A stretch of DNA of 64,000 nucleotides from a virus. Positions 18,387-26,125 of this stretch are shown piece after piece (position 1 is the first letter of the stretch; each line of letters begins with the position of its first letter). The position numbers and the translations under genes were made by a program. Under the pieces are notes generated by a model, which saw nothing but the letters and a program-made list of their open reading frames with translations, made no database searches and had not been told where the DNA came from. The stretch lies in IMG/VR virus record IMGVR_UViG_3300032516_000004, positions 1-64,000 of that record, one strand, 5' to 3'.

Positions 18387-18791
18387 TCAAGGTAGCTCCT
18401 TACCCAATAGCGCGGTTTCCTGGGCGTCTAAACCGTATTGTGGATCCTGCAATTTTTCGATCTCCTGTTTGATGCGCCGGACAATCAGTGGTTCTTGGCT
18501 ATTGACGAAGATGTAGTGAACCATATCATGGGTATAAACCCAGGCTTTGAAACCATGTTTGAAACTTGGTACCCATTCTTGGCAGAATTCAAAGCCAAAG
18601 TACCAGCACTCATCTTCGGGCATCCCCTGGTAGCTCGCAATATTGGCGACTTGAGTATCTGACGCTTCACTAAGGATCTCAGCAATCTCTAGCCCATGAT
18701 TGGCCGCCTTAGTCAATAGACGGGTAATTTGTTTGAAAATTGCAGGCTTTATAATGGTGAACGGCGGGTGGTCGGTCAACGTAAATAACAT
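18387..18791 (-). CDS. hypothetical protein
   Basis: AGGAG RBS. Confidence 0.65.
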   Translation of the reverse strand: MLFTLTDHPPFTIIKPAIFKQITRLLTKAANHGLEIAEILSEASDTQVANIASYQGMPEDECWYFGFEFCQEWVPSFKHGFKAWVYTHDMVHYIFVNSQEPLIVRRIKQEIEKLQDPQYGLDAQETALLGKELP

Positions 18792-19101
18792 GACTTAGCT
18801 CCTTCCTTGGGTGGTTTAAACACCATTAACTGGGGATTATGGTTTCCCGGTTAGTGGTTGGTAATTATTGTGGGTTGGGTTTACCGTAATATTAAGACAT
18901 TGTATGGTAGCGTATGTTACCAGATATGTGGGTCATGTGACGGTTTTCAGGGTAATGACCGTGGGGTCACACGATATTTTCACAAAGTGTTGACGGCAAT
19001 CTTAGGTCGAGACCCCCGGCGACCCCCGGTCTAGGTATCATGTTAGCGACCTCCCAGCCATAACCCCCAGACGAGACATATTCGAAACGTCTTTCATGTC
19101 T

Positions 19102-19237
19102 AGCGTGTTACCGGTTGGTAACGCTGACATGCCCGTTGTCAACGGTCGTTGACACTTTGTAAACGATCGTTTACAATATGCAACCATTTGCATATTTGAC
19201 TCGTTATCCGGTATGTTACCGGCTGGTAACGCTGACA
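19102..19237. repeat. cluster of palindromes and a 24-nt palindromic direct repeat
   Basis: TGTTACCGG(T/C)TGGTAACGCTGACA at 19106-19129 and 19214-19237; GTCAACG-gt-CGTTGAC 19138-19153; perfect 20-bp palindrome TTGTAAACGATCGTTTACAA 19157-19176; ATATGCAA-ccat-TTGCATAT 19176-19195. Confidence 0.85.
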
Positions 19238-19324
19238 ATATATTGGTGAACTACACTACACTTAGACTATTGTGTCTTAATAGTGTTGATCAAGATAAGA
19301 GTAATGCTTAGAACGCAGAACGTG

Positions 19325-19684
19325 TTATCCTCCCATGCGATGGAGCTGGCGACATAGCGAGACCAGCTCCCGTTGTTTGGCTAACACTTCATAGTCCCGC
19401 TTCACGGTTCCGATCCGATTCAGAATTGCCGCTGCATAGTCCCGATCACCTCGAGCCATCGCCTCTTGGGCTAGCTTGAGGCCAAGCTCTACCACGTCGG
19501 TCAGGTCCCCGGTACTTGGTCCTGACATTGCAAAACACACGCCTGCTGGTCTCCGGGGTCGCTTGACCCGCCATCGACCTGCCTTCACGGGCTTGTGCTG
19601 GCAGGCTCCCACGGGCACAGCGGCCCTTGCGATGGTAGCCGAGTATCGGATGATGTCACGGGTCCAGGGTTTTGGTAGATTCAT
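19325..19684 (-). CDS. hypothetical protein
   Basis: AGGAG RBS. Confidence 0.6.
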   Translation of the reverse strand: MNLPKPWTRDIIRYSATIARAAVPVGACQHKPVKAGRWRVKRPRRPAGVCFAMSGPSTGDLTDVVELGLKLAQEAMARGDRDYAAAILNRIGTVKRDYEVLAKQRELVSLCRQLHRMGG

Positions 19685-19906
19685 GATTCTCCTCTCTTGA
19701 CACGTTCAATTTCCTGTTTCATGGCTAGTTCGATGAACTTGATAATCCGCTCGTCGAACTGGAAATTCCCGGATGGGTCAGACATCTCGTTCTCGGGTCA
19801 TGGTTCCTTTCAGCAATACTTGACAGCTGTTATTCGCTGTGTTACCCTGAACCCTTTCTAGGATTCAGGGCGACCACACCACCGACTCCCCCACCCCCCC
19901 TACCGC

Positions 19907-19931
19907 TGCACCGTGGATGCCAAGCCAAACA
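19907..19931 (-). promoter_or_regulatory. sigma54 promoter with upstream TGTTTGGC element
   Basis: Minus strand TGTTTGGCTTGGCATCCACGGTGCA. Confidence 0.7.
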
Positions 19932-20046
19932 TCTTGTGGTATCTTGGGACATCGACGGCTCGTGGTCGTAAGGTTAACTGCAACCTAGAAATCTCCAGAT
20001 CCCGGAGATTATCCGGGTCCACGGTCGGAAAATGTCTAGGTCCCGG

Positions 20047-20214
20047 TTATGACCAGTGGATCATGGACCGGAGAAAGTCCCGGTCTATTATCACCTCCTT
20101 GGGCTTTGCCTCCACTAGGGTCAGACCACCCAGGAAATCGGGGTCAATAAGCGGCCGGGTCACATCTTCACGGGTAGTGTCAACGGGTCTACGGACTTTC
20201 TTGGACTTCTTCAT
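20047..20214 (-). CDS. small hypothetical protein (start MKKSKK)
   Basis: AAGGAGGATACCATG RBS. Confidence 0.5.
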   Translation of the reverse strand: MKKSKKVRRPVDTTREDVTRPLIDPDFLGGLTLVEAKPKEVIIDRDFLRSMIHWS

Positions 20215-20520
20215 GGTATCCTCCTTAAAGGGTTGCTTTCTTGTCTTCACAGTAGCCAATGACGTCAACACAGATGTCGTACAGGAAATCATCTCGAGCA
20301 AAGAGCCTTGCCTCTGCTGGTGCGTCACCTCTTGCTTGAGCGGCCTTGAAATCCTCATGTCCCACTTTCATGAGAATATCGTCTCCATGGTATCCTCCTT
20401 GTTGGTTGTTTGCAGACTTGTCTCGCGCCCCTCTTCCCTATTTCACCCCAGGCTTGGGACTGGGCGTTGGCGGGTTAGCGGGGAGGGCTTTGCGCCCTCC
20501 CGATTGAAGACTTGTCTCAG

Positions 20521-20970
20521 CTACGCAACCTTGGCGGCGGTCATGGCTTCAAGCTGGACTCGGGCGGCTTCGATGTCCCGTTCCAGGTCCGCGACTGTCC
20601 GACCGGACAACCGTTTGGTGGTCCGATGGGCCTTCGCCTTGACCTGGTTGACCGTGGCTTTGCAGTGCTTGCAGAATCGGCACTGCCGAGCATCCTGAAG
20701 GTTCACAATTCGACGCTCTCCGCATTCCTGGCACATGATCTCACAGACCTGGCCATGACAATGACCGAGACTCGACACTTCTTCGGTGGCTCGGCGAACG
20801 CTCCCGATCTGGTACTGGGGATTGACGGCTGCTACTTCGGCTTCCCAATCGGCCAGTCGCTGAGCGGCCTTGAGAGATCGCTCGACCGCTTTCAGCTCGC
20901 GCTCCTTGGCTTTCAAGGCCTCGATGTCTTGGTTGCTTGAACGGCTCTCGATTTTGAGGGTTGCTTGCAT
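20521..20970 (-). CDS. coiled-coil/Zn-ribbon protein, paralog of 16955-17401
   Basis: VNPQY..GS.R.AT...HG.VC.I.C.ECG..RIVN.QDA.Q...CK.CK conserved. Confidence 0.8.
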   Translation of the reverse strand: MQATLKIESRSSNQDIEALKAKERELKAVERSLKAAQRLADWEAEVAAVNPQYQIGSVRRATEEVSSLGHCHGQVCEIMCQECGERRIVNLQDARQCRFCKHCKATVNQVKAKAHRTTKRLSGRTVADLERDIEAARVQLEAMTAAKVA

Positions 20971-21708
20971 GGTACTCCTTGGCCTTTCTGACCCCGAAGG
21001 GTCGGGTTTAGGGACTCTGAACCCACGACATAAGGTCAGCTGAGGTTCAAGGGGTGAACCTCAGTCTTCCTTATACTACCACTATATCTACCGTGTACCG
21101 CTACCGTGACCACTGATCTTGGGTCACACGGTCTGCCCACCACAATAAGAGAAACTGCAATTTTCGTGCCTGCTCGTCCCTTGCTATACGTTGTCATGTT
21201 TTACCTCACATGTGTTGCAGTGTATGGTATTGTCGAAGTTCGCGATAAACCGCTAACCGTAAGCCAGTCAATCAGTTTTTCACACACATTATATGATCTG
21301 ATATACCCCACCATTGAACGTTTGTACAGTATCGTGCAGGACTTGTCCCGTGGGTCCCCCGCCAGCCATCCCGTGGGTCCCGTGAAGGTGGCTAAGTAGT
21401 TAATTCGAACTGACTTTGGTGGGGTCCCCCGACCCCCCCGAGGTATTAAGCAAGAAATTACAGGCCCATGGCATTGAAGCTGGCCCCACATCCCCTCATA
21501 TTGACGAAGCAATCCGTCGTCTAGATAACCAAGAACTCACACGTAATACCGTCGAAACATTACCATAGGAGTCTATCATGTCCAAAGAAGATCCCACAAC
21601 CTCCTAAGATTCAAGACCTAGATCTCTGGATTACCGACTTCGAAGACGCTGAATTTAGTATTGTGGACCCATATGATATTGGGGTCCCGTTTCCCGGTAA
21701 TCCCTTGT

Positions 21709-21734
21709 CCCACCACGCGTAAACGCGTGGTGGG
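21709..21734. terminator. perfect 12-bp GC-rich hairpin closing the pentamer array (terminator or processing/protective stem)
   Basis: CCCACCACGCGT-AA-ACGCGTGGTGGG; no U-tract on either strand. Confidence 0.65.
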
Positions 21735-21735
21735 G

Positions 21736-21957
21736 GATATGGGCATCGCACGATCTGTTGAATGACCTGAATGGATGTGCGTCGATGAGGTATGTCGTCT
21801 GGGGAGTTTCGACCGGGCCGGATAAGATGGGATTGTCGCGGGGATAGACCCATGTGGTCGGGTCGAGGTCGAGGCGACTCGACTTGTCAAACCGGGTCGT
21901 TTCGACTGGGAAGGATACGTCATATAGGCGCGGCTCATAATGGTTCGGCTTGTCATA
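21736..21957 (-). ncRNA. putative guide-RNA array of 5-nt periodic units (RHC triplet + variable NN)
   Basis: Starts 9 nt after the RAMP stop; 36/40 triplets read in register end in C; TATGAC/TATGAC/TTTGAC recur exactly 33 nt apart; strand inferred from the upstream promoter. Confidence 0.7.
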
Positions 21958-21965
21958 TGATTTGT

Positions 21966-22634
21966 CTACCGGACCTTTACGCATTCAACGGCCCGACTCT
22001 TCCCATATCCTTGGCTTCGGTCTGACCCTATCCCAAGATCCCGGAGATACAGGATTGCAAATCCAAGAGCTTCTTCGGTGACGGTTCCTCGACACAGCAT
22101 TTTAACCGTAAATGTAACCTCCACGTCATGTAGGATGTCAAATTTTTTCAACGAGTTTCGGGGTCCACTGGCCGTCATGACATGAATGGCCCGTTCTTCC
22201 TGACCCACCTCTTTGATCGGCTCTCCGTTACGGGTAAAGTAACATCGATCCTCGACCACGAATACCTGGTCCGCGACTTTGCTCTTCAATGCCTTGATTC
22301 CCACCATATCCTTGATAATGTTAGCCGCTTCCTTGAGCCCACTCTTGATACACCGGCCTTCAATATAAAGCCCCCGATCATCGCGTTTGAAAATTGTCCA
22401 ACTTCGGGTTTCTTTGTCGTCGGCCACTTCCGGGAGTTCCTGGACCGTGGCTTCCACAATCTTGGCCTTGTCTTCAGCACTTTTAGCCTTGCACGTTGCA
22501 TTGATCCATCCTTCGATCATCTGTGGATTGGCTGGGGTCCCGCCCACCGCATTTACCAAATGTAGGGTTACTCGATACTCGCTAAATACTTGGTCGTCAA
22601 ATTTCTGTTTCATAGCTTCAAAATCAAATGTCAT
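21966..22634 (-). CDS. solitary Cas7/RAMP-superfamily protein (Csm3/Csf2-like RRM)
   Basis: 222 aa; beta1 YRVTLHL + GGTP; GLYIEGRCIKSGLKEAA (cf. IPGSSLKGxLR); thumb with GPRNSL; C-terminal Gly-rich loop LGIGSDRSQGYGK; AGGAGG RBS. Confidence 0.85.
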   Translation of the reverse strand: MTFDFEAMKQKFDDQVFSEYRVTLHLVNAVGGTPANPQMIEGWINATCKAKSAEDKAKIVEATVQELPEVADDKETRSWTIFKRDDRGLYIEGRCIKSGLKEAANIIKDMVGIKALKSKVADQVFVVEDRCYFTRNGEPIKEVGQEERAIHVMTASGPRNSLKKFDILHDVEVTFTVKMLCRGTVTEEALGFAILYLRDLGIGSDRSQGYGKSRAVECVKVR

Positions 22635-22657
22635 ATTACCTCCTAATAATCAGTAGA

Positions 22658-22675
22658 TTGCAGGCGTCGTGCCAA
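22658..22675 (-). promoter_or_regulatory. sigma54 promoter of the RAMP gene
   Basis: Minus strand TTGGCACGACGCCTGCAA, GC (-12) about 26 nt upstream of the ATG. Confidence 0.75.
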
Positions 22676-22744
22676 CATATATCAATATACCGACAAGTTC
22701 CGACGCTTATATTTAGACGATATATTGATATCGTGGAGATCAAA

Positions 22745-23056
22745 ATGTTTGTTCTGTTATTAAATAATATGCAATCACCCAATATTGAAATCGTGGAACC
22801 CGTAGCAAAGGCTGAAACTCAAGAAGCACTAATGTCATTTATTGAAAGAGAGCGCGTAGCTGCCTATCGAGAACCTGGGGAGAATTATTATGGGACCACG
22901 ATGTGGGGTAAAAACTTTAGAAAAGGTGGTGTCCTGGAATGGTACAATCCCCCGTTTTCTGACCAATATATTGTGGACTTGGGTACTGAGGATGATTGGG
23001 CTACCAGTGCCAGGGCACAATATAGGCAGCAAATAAATTCAATTCCTAGTGTCTAA
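22745..23056 (+). CDS. hypothetical protein
   Basis: GGAG RBS before ATG 22745; F..GG.LEWYNPP motif. Confidence 0.55.
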   Translation: MFVLLLNNMQSPNIEIVEPVAKAETQEALMSFIERERVAAYREPGENYYGTTMWGKNFRKGGVLEWYNPPFSDQYIVDLGTEDDWATSARAQYRQQINSIPSV

Positions 23057-23432
23057 ATTGGAAAGTAGGAAGCATCGTATCATGCCAATTATCAAACCCG
23101 AGGACTGGCAGAAATGGATAGATAACAATTCAGATCCATATGGAAGATGCTGCGTGCTGGTGGCTGAGGAAGTCATGCGAATGCTCGATGAGCCTGAGCA
23201 CGCGAAGCCACCAATCACGGATGACACACCCTACAAGCTCATCGATGCCGCAGATGACAACATTCGAGCTGGTGGTATTACGGGTTTCATGGCTGGGTGT
23301 GTGGCGGAGATGGTGAGCCATTGCCATTCTCGGGGTGAAGAGTTTCGCAGGGCATGGAACGCATATTACGGGATCAAGAGTGATCGGTGGGGTATCGTTA
23401 ACCCCGCGATTTTGACGACCGGCCACCAATAA
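23049..23432 (+). CDS. conserved phage protein (GITGFMAG.....V...HSRGEEFRR.WN)
   Basis: Recurrent phage motif. Confidence 0.7.
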   Translation: MSKLESRKHRIMPIIKPEDWQKWIDNNSDPYGRCCVLVAEEVMRMLDEPEHAKPPITDDTPYKLIDAADDNIRAGGITGFMAGCVAEMVSHCHSRGEEFRRAWNAYYGIKSDRWGIVNPAILTTGHQ

Positions 23433-23443
23433 GGAGAAATCAA

Positions 23444-23644
23444 ATGTCATCAATCGGTGAAGAATTTCCGAAAGAGCAAGAGAGATGCAGGGATTTGTTG
23501 ATCCAATACAAGCGTATAGGGCCAGCAGGAACATTTGGCGCACGTGTTATCGAGATTGCATTAAAACAGGCCGACGAAGCCATGGCGAGTGGTGATGTAG
23601 TTGCAATCCTGAAGGCACATAAAGCCATGCAAGAATTAGAATAG
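23444..23644 (+). CDS. conserved small phage protein (SIGEEFPKEQERCR.LL..Y..IG..G.FG)
   Basis: AGGAG RBS; recurrent motif. Confidence 0.7.
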   Translation: MSSIGEEFPKEQERCRDLLIQYKRIGPAGTFGARVIEIALKQADEAMASGDVVAILKAHKAMQELE

Positions 23645-23654
23645 GAAATGGGTA

Positions 23655-23888
23655 ATGCAAGAAATCAGACATGACGGCTCAGAATTTCTATCCGAGATAC
23701 CAACGATTGATTACGAAAAACGGTTACGAGCCGCGATAGAAGACAAGCGCAATGCCTCTGTAGCCATCCATAAACCTGGCTCGGTCTTCAAATCGAAGGG
23801 GGCGTGGTTCTACGTCGATCCAGTCGAAGGATTGCGTCGAGTGTCGTGGTGGACTGGGATGAAGTTGCGAAAGACTGCATCTAAATAA
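23655..23888 (+). CDS. hypothetical protein
   Basis: ORF in operon. Confidence 0.55.
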   Translation: MQEIRHDGSEFLSEIPTIDYEKRLRAAIEDKRNASVAIHKPGSVFKSKGAWFYVDPVEGLRRVSWWTGMKLRKTASK

Positions 23889-24009
23889 GAAATGAGGAAG
23901 AGATGATCTGGGCATATCGAGTCGAGTTCAAACTAGAGGACTTCTGGATTGGGTTATTCTGGAAACGGACTCATATCGAGCCCGATATTTCAGTGCTTGA
24001 TGTCTGGCT

Positions 24010-24453
24010 GTGTATTGTCCCGTGCGTTCCATTGCATTTGACATTCTCCCGATACGAGGTAGCCCCATGACCCCCACCGAACGCGCCAATCTGCGGGAGT
24101 TGTGCGACGAAAACAAAACCCACACAGAAGAATGGTGGTGTCTTCGGTGCAGGTCTTGGGTACCTGGCGATTGTGTTGAGGAGAACGGGGTGCATGATAG
24201 TTGTGGGTATCCGGTTGCATACAGCCAAACGCTAGACAGCAACAAGGTAATACAGTTGCTCGACGAAAATGAGGAGTTGCGGAAGGCGATATCCGATATT
24301 TGCACGGCCATCGAAAACCTTGACGGGCTACAAGGGCATGACGCGGTTGTGCTCAGAAAGCATTTGCTGCCGTGCTCTGATTTGGATTTTTGCGTGGTAT
24401 CAAATGCGCTGAAACACGCAAAAGAGGCCCGCAAGCTCTTGGAGGAAAAATGA
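24010..24453 (+). CDS. hypothetical protein (true start probably MTPTER)
   Basis: GAGG RBS before internal ATG; Cys motif + coiled coil. Confidence 0.55.
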   Translation: MYCPVRSIAFDILPIRGSPMTPTERANLRELCDENKTHTEEWWCLRCRSWVPGDCVEENGVHDSCGYPVAYSQTLDSNKVIQLLDENEELRKAISDICTAIENLDGLQGHDAVVLRKHLLPCSDLDFCVVSNALKHAKEARKLLEEK

Positions 24454-24713
24454 GCGCCAAAAAAGAACATGCCGACAGAATGCTTGCGGCGGAACTCGCT
24501 CAAAGGGTTACACCACTCAGCCCACAGCGCTGCACCACAGGGGTCCGTAGACAATTCCTACTAGATCCGCCCGTAACCGATCCGTTTTATTACGAAGGCA
24601 CCCCATATGCCGCCGCCTATGCCACCGATGCCGCCAGTGCCGCCAGGTTTGCAACATTGCCGGAATGCGCCGACATTGTGCGGAAACACTATCCGAAAGC
24701 TCCGAGGTTGTGA
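24450..24713 (+). CDS. hypothetical protein (start MSAKK)
   Basis: GGAGG RBS; ATGA overlap. Confidence 0.5.
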   Translation: MSAKKEHADRMLAAELAQRVTPLSPQRCTTGVRRQFLLDPPVTDPFYYEGTPYAAAYATDAASAARFATLPECADIVRKHYPKAPRL

Positions 24714-24715
24714 AA

Positions 24716-25291
24716 ATGACCACGTTAAAATGCGATGTGTGTGGTAAGGTAGTGCGCGAAAATAATCCAAACGCTATTGGCGAACGTTGCGTTGGGTGGT
24801 CATGTCCTGGGCACTACCGACTTGTTGATGACGTCCCACCCCTGTTCAACGGCTACAACTACGAGCCGCGCCAGGCGACGAAGTGCGAGCGGTGCGGGGT
24901 GGTAAAATACACTTTGGAGGGCATTGTGCCTTGGTGTTGCGCGTGCGGTCACGGCTCACCGGCTGAGATTGAGCAACGGGAGAGGGTGGAAAGACTACGG
25001 GACGTGCTGTTTGATAACGGATTTGTGATGTGTGATGTCCCGGCTTGTAACTGTGGGGCGTGGCACGCAATTCATGGATTGCCCGAGCGATGGCAAGAGA
25101 TATGCGATGAGCTGCGCGATGCTGACGTGCTCAACAACGATACAGGAAACATCCCGCTAATAGCCATCAAGGCACTCCGCACACGCCTCGAAGTCACCAG
25201 GAAAGAGCGTGACCAGTTGCGGGGTGAGTTGGCAGAGGCAAAGGCAGAGATAGAACGGTTGATTTACCAAATCGCGAAGGGAGACGCATGA
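24716..25291 (+). CDS. multi-Zn-finger/coiled-coil phage protein (start MTTLK)
   Basis: GAGG RBS; several CxxC; CDVPACNCGAWH. Confidence 0.6.
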   Translation: MTTLKCDVCGKVVRENNPNAIGERCVGWSCPGHYRLVDDVPPLFNGYNYEPRQATKCERCGVVKYTLEGIVPWCCACGHGSPAEIEQRERVERLRDVLFDNGFVMCDVPACNCGAWHAIHGLPERWQEICDELRDADVLNNDTGNIPLIAIKALRTRLEVTRKERDQLRGELAEAKAEIERLIYQIAKGDA

Positions 25292-25510
25292 GTACCGCTA
25301 GCTGTGCATGTCTACGTGTGGTGTATAAATTTGACGAGCCGAGGCCTGGGACCTGCGAAAACCCGCGGTGGGAATGCGACTGTTGTGGGAGGCGTTTCTA
25401 CTACGGAGAAAATGTGTCTGATTTTGAGGAATCCTTTGGGTCAGTGCGGCGCGTAATCGACCTCCGCGCCAGCCTCGAAGCCACCAGGAAAGAGCGTGAC
25501 CAGTTGCGGG
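25185..25510 (+). repeat. 39-bp direct repeat (38/39) at 25185-25223 and 25472-25510
   Basis: GCCTCGAAG(T/C)CACCAGGAAAGAGCGTGACCAGTTGCGGG, encoding LE(V/A)TRKERDQLR in adjacent genes. Confidence 0.9.
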
Positions 25511-25878
25511 CTATGCTTGATAGCGGAGCGGACGCAATGAGGCAGATGGGTGACGCCCACCAAGACCTCGAGGCCGAGCTTGCCGCCAAAACAAAAGACT
25601 ATGACCAGATGCGAGCGATTGTGGCGGCAGATGCGCCGTATCTTCCGGGGTGCGACAGCTACGCGCACGATGATGGATGCCCATATGCGGACATTCTAGC
25701 AAATTTCTTGCGTATCCAGTCTGCGCTGAAGGCCGCCAATAAAATCGTGGATGCGCTTAGGGCTTGGCGGGCATTGCCGAGCAAGACTTACCAGAAACCT
25801 GTTGAAATGTACGATACGCTGGATGCGTGTCTGGAAGGGAGACTACCCGATGAATCCGGAAACCAAAAAGGAAAATAA
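25288..25878 (+). CDS. Zn-finger/coiled-coil phage protein
   Basis: GGAG RBS; WECDCCG; coiled coil. Confidence 0.6.
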   Translation: MSTASCACLRVVYKFDEPRPGTCENPRWECDCCGRRFYYGENVSDFEESFGSVRRVIDLRASLEATRKERDQLRAMLDSGADAMRQMGDAHQDLEAELAAKTKDYDQMRAIVAADAPYLPGCDSYAHDDGCPYADILANFLRIQSALKAANKIVDALRAWRALPSKTYQKPVEMYDTLDACLEGRLPDESGNQKGK

Positions 25879-26067
25879 ATGAATATCCAAAAAATTGTTA
25901 GAAAAGAGGCCGCCAAGTTTGGTAAGTACAATCTATCGACAAAAATCATCGATTATATTATTTTGGAACATACTGGATATCCATGCTTTTGGCATATTCC
26001 ACGTGATGGTAATGCGCCAGGAATGTCTACGAACTCAAGTCAAACATTTCTTCAAGACATATCGTAA
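25879..26067 (+). CDS. hypothetical protein
   Basis: ORF in operon. Confidence 0.45.
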   Translation: MNIQKIVRKEAAKFGKYNLSTKIIDYIILEHTGYPCFWHIPRDGNAPGMSTNSSQTFLQDIS

Positions 26068-26125
26068 GAAAAGTTAAATAATCTAGTAATTCATGGTGGG
26101 TTGTGGTATTATACTAAAAGTTTAT

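Noticed and set aside
19106-19237. Two 24-nt palindromic repeats as a mini CRISPR array
   Set aside because: Only two copies, an 84-nt self-complementary spacer, and no cas1/cas2/cas6; reported instead as a palindrome cluster
16186-19831. Identical 12-mer TTGACAGCTGTT at 16186 and 19820 as an operator
   Set aside because: Only two copies of a short palindrome-containing word, one inside a probable small ORF; compatible with chance
19884-19901. G-quadruplex in G-run downstream of the 19907 promoter
   Set aside because: Only two long G tracts (G7, G5); insufficient for a confident intramolecular G4
20914-20931. 10/12 gapped match of array unit 1 (AA.GA.AT.GA.GC.TA) to CAAGACATCGAGGCCTTG in the Zn-ribbon paralog gene
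   Set aside because: Several 10/12 matches are expected by chance in 128 kb of two-strand sequence; not evidence of self-targeting
21611-21984. ORFs 21655-21984, 21618-21956 and 21611-21853 (minus strand) as protein genes
   Set aside because: No RBS; all three frames are open because the C-rich pentamer array lacks stops; translations are low-complexity D/P/T/R strings typical of shadow ORFs over repeats
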